Source: a virus
Taxonomy: Duplodnaviria; Caudoviricetes
Virus record (IMG/VR): IMGVR_UViG_3300030109_003595
Location: 9,024-73,023 of that record
DNA: 64,000 bases
Reading direction: 5' to 3' (one strand)
Part shown: one piece after another, positions 9,801 to 18,080 of the stretch
Layout of the letters: each line of letters begins with the position of its first letter
Position numbering within the stretch: position 1 is the stretch's first letter
Position numbers and translations under genes: made by a program
Notes under the pieces: generated by a model
Databases searched by the model: none
Seen by the model: only the letters and a program-made list of their open reading frames with translations
What the model was told of the DNA's origin: nothing

Positions 9801-12800
9801 GCAGTAATAACCATCTTCTCAGTGAGGCTTGCACCCGAAGCATCTCCTTGAGATGTAAAGAACTCAATCGCACCATCGAAGTGTCCGGGGTCATTCGGGT
9901 CGCTGGTGATACCACGAATCTCAGCGACAGTGGTGACTTCTTGGCTGTTCTCGTTCATGGCAAATTGTAGTTTGCCTAAGACAAACTCGGTTGTTCCACC
10001 GAAGAAGTTGTTGGCATCGAACTGTGCCATCTGTATAATACCGGGTTGGCCCGATGTCCTACCGGAGACTCTTATCTGTGGGTCTGCCGCCCCTGTTCCT
10101 GTGTTAGCAGATGATGGTGCGGCAGTACCCGCATAACCCGTTCCATCCGTATCGTTGAACTCGCCTATCTTAATTCCGCCCCTTACGGCTAGTGAGTCAG
10201 TTGGACTCGAAGTGCCTATTCCCACATTACCTGCTGAATCAATCCTCATTCGTTCTGTGCCTGTCGTCGTGGCATCGTTAGCCGCAGACCAAAATCTGAT
10301 GCTGGTAGCCGCATTGACAGCGGTTGACCCACCACCGATATTCACGATGTTATCTGTCCCATCCGAATCACCGACAACCAAACCAATTGGTTCTTCGGCG
10401 TTGTGATAATGCGGAGTGGCGAACCTACCATACTTTCTTGTATCATTTGTCAAAGTAGCGGCATTCACATCTGCCCCCATTTGTATAGCGATGCCCGAAC
10501 CTGTATTCACATCGAGTAATGCTTCGGGCGCAGTAGTGCCTATTCCAACATTACCTGAGAAGTAATTCTTTGTCTCACCAGTAACATATAATCCCCAAGG
10601 ATTAGTTACGTTACCTGCACCTTGCCAATCAAGATACATGAGATAACCAGTTCCCGTTGTAACTGAATCATCATTATGGTCTATTGTGAATCTACCACCG
10701 AATAAATCTCCTGTTGATATTGAATTGCTATTACTACCTTCAATATCTACTTGGTTATATGAACCGTAAACATTTCCTACATCGCTTTCCCTGTCATTAT
10801 TTACTTCAATGTAGTTATATTCAGCATAGGAATTGGTGTTAACTCCAGTCTTTGCTATTCTTATATCGCTATAATGACCAACCAGAGAAGTTACAGTAGC
10901 ACTAGCATGAGTCATGTGAGAGTTCACAGAAGTTTGAACCCCTCTTAATGAATGAATGGTTTGTGCAGTTGAAGGTTCATACTCTTGATATGATTGAACA
11001 GCATATTGTCTGTTAGCATCACCGCTTTGTCTTTGGTCAATGTAAATACCTGCCATCTCTATTTCAGCGTTAGCAGCATCACCAGCAGTTGATGAGTTAT
11101 CTTGGTCAATATAAATTGCATAATGCTCATTATCCTGACCGGGAGTATTAGTTCCTGATGAATCATAATCAATGAATATACCAGCAGAAGCCGTTGCATC
11201 TGTAGCAGAATCTACGTTTCTATCAATGTGTATTCTGCCTGTTAAGTCATATTCTCCATAATGCACTAAGTTTGCTACTGTATCACTCTTACCAATTTCA
11301 ACAGGTTGTCCTGTATTGTATTGTAGATGTATTGAACCGCTATCTGTTTCAATTTCATTAGTGCTTCTTAGTTTAATATTACCCATTGTTATTGCAGTAG
11401 CGGTTATAGTGCCATCAACATCTAATTCTGAACCGGGACTCGTAGTGCCTATTCCAACTCGGTTTGCTGATGAATCAACAACTAAAGTATCTGTATCCCA
11501 AATTAAATCCCCTGTCCCACCAGTAAGGGCGGTTAAAGTTCCAAGTGAAGTAATCGCTGATTGCGCAGCACCTGTGACAGTCGCCGCAGTACCGCTTACG
11601 TTTCCTGTTACATCTCCTGTAAGCCCACCTACGAATGTGCCTGTCACAGTACCTACCTTGAAGTCCTCAAAGGCAGAGCCGTGCTTCAGTTCCATTCTGT
11701 TGTCTGTCGTGTTGTATTGGAATGTGATGTCGTCTCCTGACCCTCCCTCCAGTGTCAGACCAGTACCATCAACAACCTCAGCGGTTGCGTTTCCACTACC
11801 GAGAACTATGTTCTTGTCTTCAACAGTCATGGTTGCTGTGTTGAGTGTGGTGGTCGTGCCACTCACGATTAGTTTGTTGTGGATGGTGACATCACCTGTC
11901 GAACCGCTAACTGTGAGAGCATCTGAGTACGAGTTGTGAGTGGTGTTGGATGACCCTCCTGCTGGAGCATATTGGAGTTTCAGGTCTCCTCCACTTGCAG
12001 TTCCAGTACCAGCACCACCACCTAACTTCAGGACACTGCCCGCTGTGTCATTGCTACTGGTGGGTGCTGGGACAAGGTAGTTGGTATTCTGACCGAAGTA
12101 CATGTCTCCGCCGAATCCCTCCAACCAAGTGTCACTACCGCTCTTGAGAAGCAATTGCTTAGTTCCAGTAGCATCACGTAAATCACCAACTCCTGCACCG
12201 ATAACCACGTTATCGCTACCACTGGTGACGTTCTGTCCAGCGTTTCGCCCAATGAATATATTGTCATCACCACCTTGTAGAGAATCTCCCGCATCATTAC
12301 CTATGGTGACATTGAAGTCGCCAGTCGTGATTGACATTCCTGCATCTTCACCTATCGCAACGTTCCCACGACCAGTGGTTATGTCCTGCCCAGCATAGTA
12401 GCCGATTGCTACGTTCTTGTATCCACTGGTCACCTCCATCATCGGTTGGTATCCTATACCCACATTGTGGTTACCAGTGTTGTTTCCAGTGGTCGATGAC
12501 CCCTCTACTGCTGTGTATCCTATACCGATGTTGTAATCTCCATCCATGTATAATCCTGATTGCACACCCAAGAATATGCCCCCAGTCATGTCGATGGAGG
12601 TGGCGCTGCCCGCCAATGCTCCAATTGCTATGTTATTACTGCCAGTGGTCAAAGCGTCGAGCGCTCTGTCTCCTATCGCTACGTTAGTGCTACCAGTCGT
12701 GATTGACTCCATGGCTTGGTATCCGACCGCTATGTTGTCCTGACCTGTGGTGTATTCTCTTGCTGCTTGATATCCTATGCCTATATTTCTAACACCAGTG

Positions 12801-14968
12801 TTATTAGAGGCAGTGGTAGAACCATGAACTGCTTCAAAGCCCAAAGCGATATTGAAACCACTACCCATGTATAGACCTGCTTCACGACCAATTGCGATAT
12901 TGTCAGACAAGTCTGTGTCAGTAGAACCCATGCTATTGAATCCTAGTGCAACATTGTAATCACCACCAGTTATAGTGTCCATTGCAGTAGCACCGATAGC
13001 AACGTTACCCATGGTTGACTGTCCAGCGTATAGAGAACGATATCCGATTGCTACATTCTTGTCGCCACCCGTTATCGCTGTTGCAGCCTCATATCCAAGT
13101 GCGACGTTGTGGTCAGCACCAGTATGTACGAAGAGTGTCTTGTATCCTATACCGATATTATCCTGACCAGTATTGTCGTTCGGTGCAGTAGAGCCTCTTG
13201 TTGCGAACTCACCAATCCCTATGTTATTGCCGTTCGCTCCCATGTAGTATCCAGCACTCTTACCAATTGCTACGTTACTACTGCTCGTATTCTTCGCACC
13301 TCTCATGGTATTAGGGCCAATGGAGACGTTATCCGAGCCAGTTGTGTGTTGATGGAGGGCATGTTGCCCAATAGCGACGTTATCATCTCCGGTAGTGAGC
13401 GTATCTAGTGCATTATATCCGACAGCAACGTTGCTACTACCCTCTGTTAGTGCGGTTAGCGTCAATTGCCCCAATGCTACGTTATCTGACCCCGTAGTGA
13501 CTGCGTTCATCGTCGGTGAGCCAATCGCAATGTTATTCGTACCAGTGTTATCGGCTTTGGTGGAAGAACCAGTCATGGAGTTATCACCAATGGCTATATT
13601 CTCATTGCCCTTCATGCGAAGTCCAGCATGCTGACCTATGAATACTGAAAGGTCTATACCTGAATCCGTATCACCACCTGCTTCCACACCTATGAGCACA
13701 TTCTTACTACCCGTAGTGATATCATATCCCGCTTGGTCTCCGATTGCTATATTGTGGTCTGCGCTTGTTATGATTCGCAATGCGTCTTTACCTATTGCCA
13801 CGTTGTCTGTCGCACTGGTTAGTGAACCAGTGACAGGAGTACCACCGAAGTTGTTGATGAAGATTGAGTCATTAGATATGAGTACATCAGTGAGTCCGTT
13901 AAGAGCAGAAGCACCCCCTGAGGCTGTGGTGTCTATAGAGTCCTGCAAGTCGTCGAGAGTCATGTACTTCCATGAAGAGGCAGACTCGTCCCAAAGCAGA
14001 ATCTTGTCATCAGTGGCATCCGTTGATTCAGTCAACTGAGTCAGATTTATCGGGTCATCCAAACCCACTGTGTCACCACTGAGGGTTATCGGTGAGGACA
14101 CTGCTAGGTTGGTATTAGCGCTTATGTCGACGCTTGCTAGGTAGTTGTAACTCTCTATCTTCTCCTTGATTGCGCCGGATGACATTATGTGGTCGTCAGC
14201 ATCCACGAACTCAGTGCCTATGTCTATGTCATCGAAGGTATGTCCGCCGATTGTCATCGAACCCGCTTTGACATCCCCTGAAGTCTCGAACTTACCCGCT
14301 GACGACGCTGTTGGTGATGCCGTGCCGAGAGCGAGTGAGTAGATGTACGAACCTGCTGTGCCGCTAGCCTCGAACTGACCCTCAACGTAAGCATCGTTTC
14401 CGTTCAGGGCAATCTTGGTGGGACTGGTTGCCCCTACCCTCAAGTCGTCTGTGAAGTATCCGCTACCGACTACGTGAAGGTCATAGGATGGTGTGCTAGT
14501 GCCTATTCCGAGTCTTTGAGTGCTACCATCGAACCTGACGTATTCAGTAGTACCTACTTTGATGACAACATCATCATCTGGATTTAGTTGTATATTCGCG
14601 TCTGCCGTTATCAGAAGATTCTCAGGATTGCTAGCATCAGCACCAATTCTAGTGTCCGTGGAATCGAAGTTAATGTATTTCTGCTGCGGTATCGTCATGT
14701 CATTGGTGAGAGTGACCTCACCATCGTTGCCCACTGTGAACTTAGTAGCACCATCTTCGGTGATTACGAAATTGCTATTAGTATCATTGGTGTTGGTATC
14801 GAGATTGATGTTGACAGAGCCGAGTGAGTTGATTGCCAGTATCGAACTAGATGTACCGCTGATGTTACCGATAGTGCCTAGAGTGAGTACACCGTCTATT
14901 ATCGAGGAGTCCTTGTTAGGTCCTTCTACGTCTAGTCCTTTCTTTACCCTGAATGTTTTCTCTGCCAT
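6833..14968 (-). CDS. Large modular tail fibre/adhesin (2711 aa)
   Basis: Gly/Ser/Thr/Asp-rich; ~14-aa N(I/V)A(I/V)G YadA-head-like beta-roll repeats (~12190-13810); repeated ERMRI..GNVGIGTTSP junctions; DG.ANQVL.T.GSG.LS motifs; GGTGAGG SD. Confidence 0.85.
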   Translation of the reverse strand: MAEKTFRVKKGLDVEGPNKDSSIIDGVLTLGTIGNISGTSSSILAINSLGSVNINLDTNTNDTNSNFVITEDGATKFTVGNDGEVTLTNDMTIPQQKYINFDSTDTRIGADASNPENLLITADANIQLNPDDDVVIKVGTTEYVRFDGSTQRLGIGTSTPSYDLHVVGSGYFTDDLRVGATSPTKIALNGNDAYVEGQFEASGTAGSYIYSLALGTASPTASSAGKFETSGDVKAGSMTIGGHTFDDIDIGTEFVDADDHIMSSGAIKEKIESYNYLASVDISANTNLAVSSPITLSGDTVGLDDPINLTQLTESTDATDDKILLWDESASSWKYMTLDDLQDSIDTTASGGASALNGLTDVLISNDSIFINNFGGTPVTGSLTSATDNVAIGKDALRIITSADHNIAIGDQAGYDITTGSKNVLIGVEAGGDTDSGIDLSVFIGQHAGLRMKGNENIAIGDNSMTGSSTKADNTGTNNIAIGSPTMNAVTTGSDNVALGQLTLTALTEGSSNVAVGYNALDTLTTGDDNVAIGQHALHQHTTGSDNVSIGPNTMRGAKNTSSSNVAIGKSAGYYMGANGNNIGIGEFATRGSTAPNDNTGQDNIGIGYKTLFVHTGADHNVALGYEAATAITGGDKNVAIGYRSLYAGQSTMGNVAIGATAMDTITGGDYNVALGFNSMGSTDTDLSDNIAIGREAGLYMGSGFNIALGFEAVHGSTTASNNTGVRNIGIGYQAAREYTTGQDNIAVGYQAMESITTGSTNVAIGDRALDALTTGSNNIAIGALAGSATSIDMTGGIFLGVQSGLYMDGDYNIGIGYTAVEGSSTTGNNTGNHNVGIGYQPMMEVTSGYKNVAIGYYAGQDITTGRGNVAIGEDAGMSITTGDFNVTIGNDAGDSLQGGDDNIFIGRNAGQNVTSGSDNVVIGAGVGDLRDATGTKQLLLKSGSDTWLEGFGGDMYFGQNTNYLVPAPTSSNDTAGSVLKLGGGAGTGTASGGDLKLQYAPAGGSSNTTHNSYSDALTVSGSTGDVTIHNKLIVSGTTTTLNTATMTVEDKNIVLGSGNATAEVVDGTGLTLEGGSGDDITFQYNTTDNRMELKHGSAFEDFKVGTVTGTFVGGLTGDVTGNVSGTAATVTGAAQSAITSLGTLTALTGGTGDLIWDTDTLVVDSSANRVGIGTTSPGSELDVDGTITATAITMGNIKLRSTNEIETDSGSIHLQYNTGQPVEIGKSDTVANLVHYGEYDLTGRIHIDRNVDSATDATASAGIFIDYDSSGTNTPGQDNEHYAIYIDQDNSSTAGDAANAEIEMAGIYIDQRQSGDANRQYAVQSYQEYEPSTAQTIHSLRGVQTSVNSHMTHASATVTSLVGHYSDIRIAKTGVNTNSYAEYNYIEVNNDRESDVGNVYGSYNQVDIEGSNSNSISTGDLFGGRFTIDHNDDSVTTGTGYLMYLDWQGAGNVTNPWGLYVTGETKNYFSGNVGIGTTAPEALLDVNTGSGIAIQMGADVNAATLTNDTRKYGRFATPHYHNAEEPIGLVVGDSDGTDNIVNIGGGSTAVNAATSIRFWSAANDATTTGTERMRIDSAGNVGIGTSSPTDSLAVRGGIKIGEFNDTDGTGYAGTAAPSSANTGTGAADPQIRVSGRTSGQPGIIQMAQFDANNFFGGTTEFVLGKLQFAMNENSQEVTTVAEIRGITSDPNDPGHFDGAIEFFTSQGDASGASLTEKMVITADGNVGIGTSSPGSPLHLTSGSGYLKFDTSGSVGSIKSDFNLDLYADDGGNNSASYQNVRFFTAGSNERMRIDSSGNVGIGTTSPLNKLQVDHTGVDGDNGIMVVRADSTTGNNDILGGIGFDSTDGNVPSSVFEASAAIVAKARQDHSATAKGGYMEFRYSSSSKAQDASNTCGMTMIDGKLAVNNGGSHPLTTLTLYHNGGDFNDGLTIIRNTTTVASGDLLGAIGFDGKDGNAPSRATEASAGIAAYASQDHSVDDKGGHLTFFTAPNDQADDTASLERMRINSEGNVGIGTTSPDQLLHVVGSSNDDTVALFSTTGGTSGSTQGSVHIGLSHFSSDANPSVRIGAEENGTGSYQAAMTFGTRSATSDAAPAERMRITHDGKVGIGTTSPSYTLHVVDEDARIMAEDGSSGIQGGLKVGNNAGNVGTFTNSNFNIVSNDTVRIGVASGGAITFNGEYTFPTSDGDANQVLQTDGSGTLSFASVSGGGSGDITGVTAGTGLSGGGSSGGVTLDLDVDGLTDIGASIQDADLLIIDDGAGGTTRKTTMGRVKTWIGDNVSEIRIRDARNEGATTSSEMTPTEFADKSATFTFSDDVTNATNAWDSILTMKGWSDNYRAWQLFSAADAGSTSVDTEPLYFRTGEADENSGNWGARREVLTFPGTTPNADGSANQVLVTNGSGTLSWTDIPVGDITGVTAGTGLTGGGSSGAVTVNVIGGTGITANANDVAVTAAQTGITSVLNASLKVGRDADNEIQFDTDNEVRFRVAGANQIKIINNAVNPVSDNDIDLGTSSLKYKNAYFGLVDAENIKVNGGQGSDGQVLTSTGSGVAWENASGGGSSTDSFMIFGEESDDYLGPATAGNSNGFSFSYGNGAQNTTKSSSGVDFGMPLGCDCTLKALYIHFGNKNSRTNSTNMSIDIFKNQSGLNDPMTGNASGSGGNAFIMSKTNYDIDFDEGDTFNIRVESPTSYSNATQIGPARFTAYFERR
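8633..14509. repeat. Eight exact copies of the 12-mer AGTGCCTATTCC (coding strand GGA ATA GGC ACT = GIGT) at fibre module junctions
   Basis: Copies start at 8633, 8918, 9557, 9776, 10211, 10535, 11444 and 14498. The copies at 8910 and 9549 share 26 identical bp. Confidence 0.9.
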
Positions 14969-14993
14969 TTCCTCACCATGATTTCACTTTCCA

Positions 14994-17900
14994 TCATATA
15001 TCTAATAGTATTAATTGAGCACGTATGATAAACGTGTCAGCACTGTCGGCAGAGGAGGTGAAATTGACATCTATGTCAGTTCCGTCTCTTACTGCGCTTA
15101 TGTCTCCGCTGGCTACATCACCAGAGGAGAGTACTGCGTAGTTGGTGTAGTGCACCTTATCGTCTGCCTGTATTTGAGTATCATGTCCATCCCACATTAC
15201 GACTGTCTTGAATAGGTCCGTCGTATTGTCTGTCGTGTTGTACACCGTAGTTAGCACTTCAGCACCTCTGTACGCTGTGGTGTCTATCGTACCGACAGTG
15301 ACAGAAGCACCGATGGCTATCTGACCTGAGGCTACCTGCACCGTCTTGATGTCTCCGTAATCAGAGGAGAACTGGGTGGATGTGACAGAACCAGTAGATG
15401 TGAGGTTTCTCATCTTCACGTCTCTGAGGTGGTTGGATGAGTCGTTGAGGTCCTTGTTAGCGTCAACAGTCAAAACCTTGTCAGCAGTGACCGCACCAGT
15501 AGGAACACTACTGGAGAGAGCAATACCATCTAGCACTGCTATCTCAGCAGTCGATATCGTAGTGCTATCTAGAGTAAATGACGTGTCAGCCGAGAGAGCA
15601 CCTGCTACGCTCAGGTCCTTGTTGAAGTTCCATCTATCTCCTGAACTGGCATAGATAAGCGTGGCGCTAGCACCGGCTACTGTCAGCCCAGCACCGTTAG
15701 CAGCAGCAGCATCAGCCGCATTCTTCGCTACGGTGATATTGAGGTCCTCTACTTCCAAGACGGCTGTGTTCACCGTGGTGGTATCACCATCGACCTGCAA
15801 GTCTCCCTTGATTACCACCTTGGAATGAGTGCCGTTTGCTAGGTCACCACCATCTAAGACCATCACGTCGATGAGGCTACCATCTGACTGCTGTGCCATC
15901 TGGAATGTGAGTCTTCCCTCTTCGTCACCATCGGTAGCACTCACCACGTCTGCTTTGATAGCAGCATATGTCGTGATGGTCTGGCCATCATCGTCTCCCT
16001 TGAAGAGTATCTGACCGAGCACATCGTTAGTAGCACCTGCCGCACCCTTGTTCAACACGAAGTTTATGTTAGGACCAGATGTATTGTTAGCGGCATGAGT
16101 CAAAGTCAGGTTGGGTTGAGCACCGGCAACAGAAGACTGGAAGTAAGCCTCACCAGCAGACGAGTATATGGCGTAGTTATTTGCAGAACCTGTCGCTGAG
16201 AGTTGAAGGGCCTTGGAAGCAGAAGTAGTACCCGCTACGACTCCTGAAACTGATGTGTCTCTCTCTGCTTGTAGAGACAGAGCAGTCAGGGACACACCAT
16301 GTGCTGCGTCGTGTCCGTCTGCTACATCAAAGGCCTGTATGCTAGCACCTTTAATCTGGTCTCCTACACCACTCCCTTTGTCTACATCTTGTCTTCTAAC
16401 GATTTGTAGATGAGGGTCAGTGTCAGAAGATGTGGTCTTGCCTGAGCCAGACTGCTCGCCTAGCAGCATCTTGTGCCCGTCGAGAGTGGCCTTGGCCTCA
16501 CCGTCGAGTTGTGTGGTTGTGCTGCCCATCGTGACTAGCCTGTTCTCTGATTGGTTGTTCAAGGCTGATACAGTGCCTGCTGCTGATACCCAAGAAAGCA
16601 CACCAGCGCTGGTTGATTGCAGTACCTTGCTGCTGCCCGGATACGCAGTGGGGAAAGTGTAGATGCTGTTGGATGCTGCTAGGTTTGCTGGTAATTTGAA
16701 ACCTGTGAATCGTGTAGTACCTCCACTGTCCACCCCTTGGAACTTCAGTGAGACAGGGTTGAACTCGTGTGCTCCGCTTGAACCGTTTACAGTGTCACCC
16801 TTGTTGCCCAAGAGAGTCACGTCTCCCCCCTTCTCAATCTTGAAGACGCTCTGTTCGGCTCTGAATGGGTTGAAGACGTTAGGGGCGTTAGTCCCTGAGT
16901 TCTTGTATCCTATGTCCTCATACGGCTTTGGATAGTATCCTATGGTAAACTCAGAGTTAGAACCGAGAAGCATACGACCCATGGCCCAAGAGTCACCAGC
17001 ACCACCAGTGTCTCCTATAGTGAGGACCGTACCTTGACCTACACCAGCCGCATCATCTGCGTTGTCTATGATTAGAGCACCAGACATCCCGCTGTAGTCG
17101 TTCCATTGACTGACGTAATCGTCTCCCTTCAAATCTGAAAAGAGTCTGGCCTCAGCATATGCTGCTGTACTGCTGCTACTGGGACTTGTACCAGCACCAG
17201 CACCAGCACCGGTATCCAAACCATCTACTTGGAATCTAGTTGTGTTTTGCAGTGCATTTACTCTGGAGATGTAGCCAGTGGTTTTCGCTTTGAATACGGT
17301 AACTGTTGCGGCTGCTTGTGCAGAACCACCTATTGTAGTCCCGTCTATAGTACCGCTGTTGATATCGACATTCAGCATGTCTGTGCTGTGGAAGTTGATA
17401 TCAGGTGTATCACTGATGGTCATCACTGTGGCTAGGCTGTTGAGAGTGTTAGCAGCAGAACCTGCTGGGGTTGCCACGTTGAACTTGATACTACCACCAT
17501 CGGCAGTACCCTTACCCTGTCCGGCGGAGAGTATGATGTCTCCACCTGTACCTGCATTGTTAGTGCCCCCTGTTGGTGGAGAGCCTCCCTTTATCGTGAG
17601 GTTCACTGCGTTTGCATTCGCTGCTGAGGAGGTTTGTGTGATGGTGGTAGCCACAGCAGCAGCACCGGTGGTGATAGAACCGAAGCCACCTGCTAGATTC
17701 AACTCCTCACTGCTGTTGCTGGTCACGAGTTTGATGTAGGAGTGGTTTGCTGTGGCTATGTCCAGACCAGCAGCCTCGTCATCCCTGACCTTGAAGGTCA
17801 TCGCCTCGCCGGTGGTGTCCAGCGTGTCGGTGACGAGGATTATGTCTCCATTACCGTTAGGTTCTATGTGTATATTACCGTTAGCGGGTTGGGATGTTAT

Positions 17901-18068
17901 CTTGGATACGTTGGGTGAGCCTGACACTGTGCTCAGGAGCAGCCCGTCAGTCAGTCCTAGCGTTCCAGCCGCTACTACCACGTTTCCTGTCGTCACAGCA
18001 ACGCTAGTTGCGCTCGACGTACCATCGACTACCAATCCCTTCCTTACACGAAAATCCTTCTCTGCCAT
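14994..18068 (-). CDS. Tail fibre / structural protein (1024 aa)
   Basis: N-terminal MAEKDFRVRKGL shared with the 2711-aa fibre; GDLQVDGDTTTVNT..LEVED motif; C-terminal YRGAE...TNYAV domain shared with the 928-aa protein. Confidence 0.8.
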   Translation of the reverse strand: MAEKDFRVRKGLVVDGTSSATSVAVTTGNVVVAAGTLGLTDGLLLSTVSGSPNVSKITSQPANGNIHIEPNGNGDIILVTDTLDTTGEAMTFKVRDDEAAGLDIATANHSYIKLVTSNSSEELNLAGGFGSITTGAAAVATTITQTSSAANANAVNLTIKGGSPPTGGTNNAGTGGDIILSAGQGKGTADGGSIKFNVATPAGSAANTLNSLATVMTISDTPDINFHSTDMLNVDINSGTIDGTTIGGSAQAAATVTVFKAKTTGYISRVNALQNTTRFQVDGLDTGAGAGAGTSPSSSSTAAYAEARLFSDLKGDDYVSQWNDYSGMSGALIIDNADDAAGVGQGTVLTIGDTGGAGDSWAMGRMLLGSNSEFTIGYYPKPYEDIGYKNSGTNAPNVFNPFRAEQSVFKIEKGGDVTLLGNKGDTVNGSSGAHEFNPVSLKFQGVDSGGTTRFTGFKLPANLAASNSIYTFPTAYPGSSKVLQSTSAGVLSWVSAAGTVSALNNQSENRLVTMGSTTTQLDGEAKATLDGHKMLLGEQSGSGKTTSSDTDPHLQIVRRQDVDKGSGVGDQIKGASIQAFDVADGHDAAHGVSLTALSLQAERDTSVSGVVAGTTSASKALQLSATGSANNYAIYSSAGEAYFQSSVAGAQPNLTLTHAANNTSGPNINFVLNKGAAGATNDVLGQILFKGDDDGQTITTYAAIKADVVSATDGDEEGRLTFQMAQQSDGSLIDVMVLDGGDLANGTHSKVVIKGDLQVDGDTTTVNTAVLEVEDLNITVAKNAADAAAANGAGLTVAGASATLIYASSGDRWNFNKDLSVAGALSADTSFTLDSTTISTAEIAVLDGIALSSSVPTGAVTADKVLTVDANKDLNDSSNHLRDVKMRNLTSTGSVTSTQFSSDYGDIKTVQVASGQIAIGASVTVGTIDTTAYRGAEVLTTVYNTTDNTTDLFKTVVMWDGHDTQIQADDKVHYTNYAVLSSGDVASGDISAVRDGTDIDVNFTSSADSADTFIIRAQLILLDI

Positions 18069-18080
18069 TCATTCACCCCC

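Noticed and set aside
8633-14509. Repeats considered as a CRISPR array or DGR template/variable repeats
   Set aside because: Spacing is irregular (219-3054 nt) and in-frame within a CDS. No cas or reverse transcriptase gene and no adenine-specific mismatch pair was seen.
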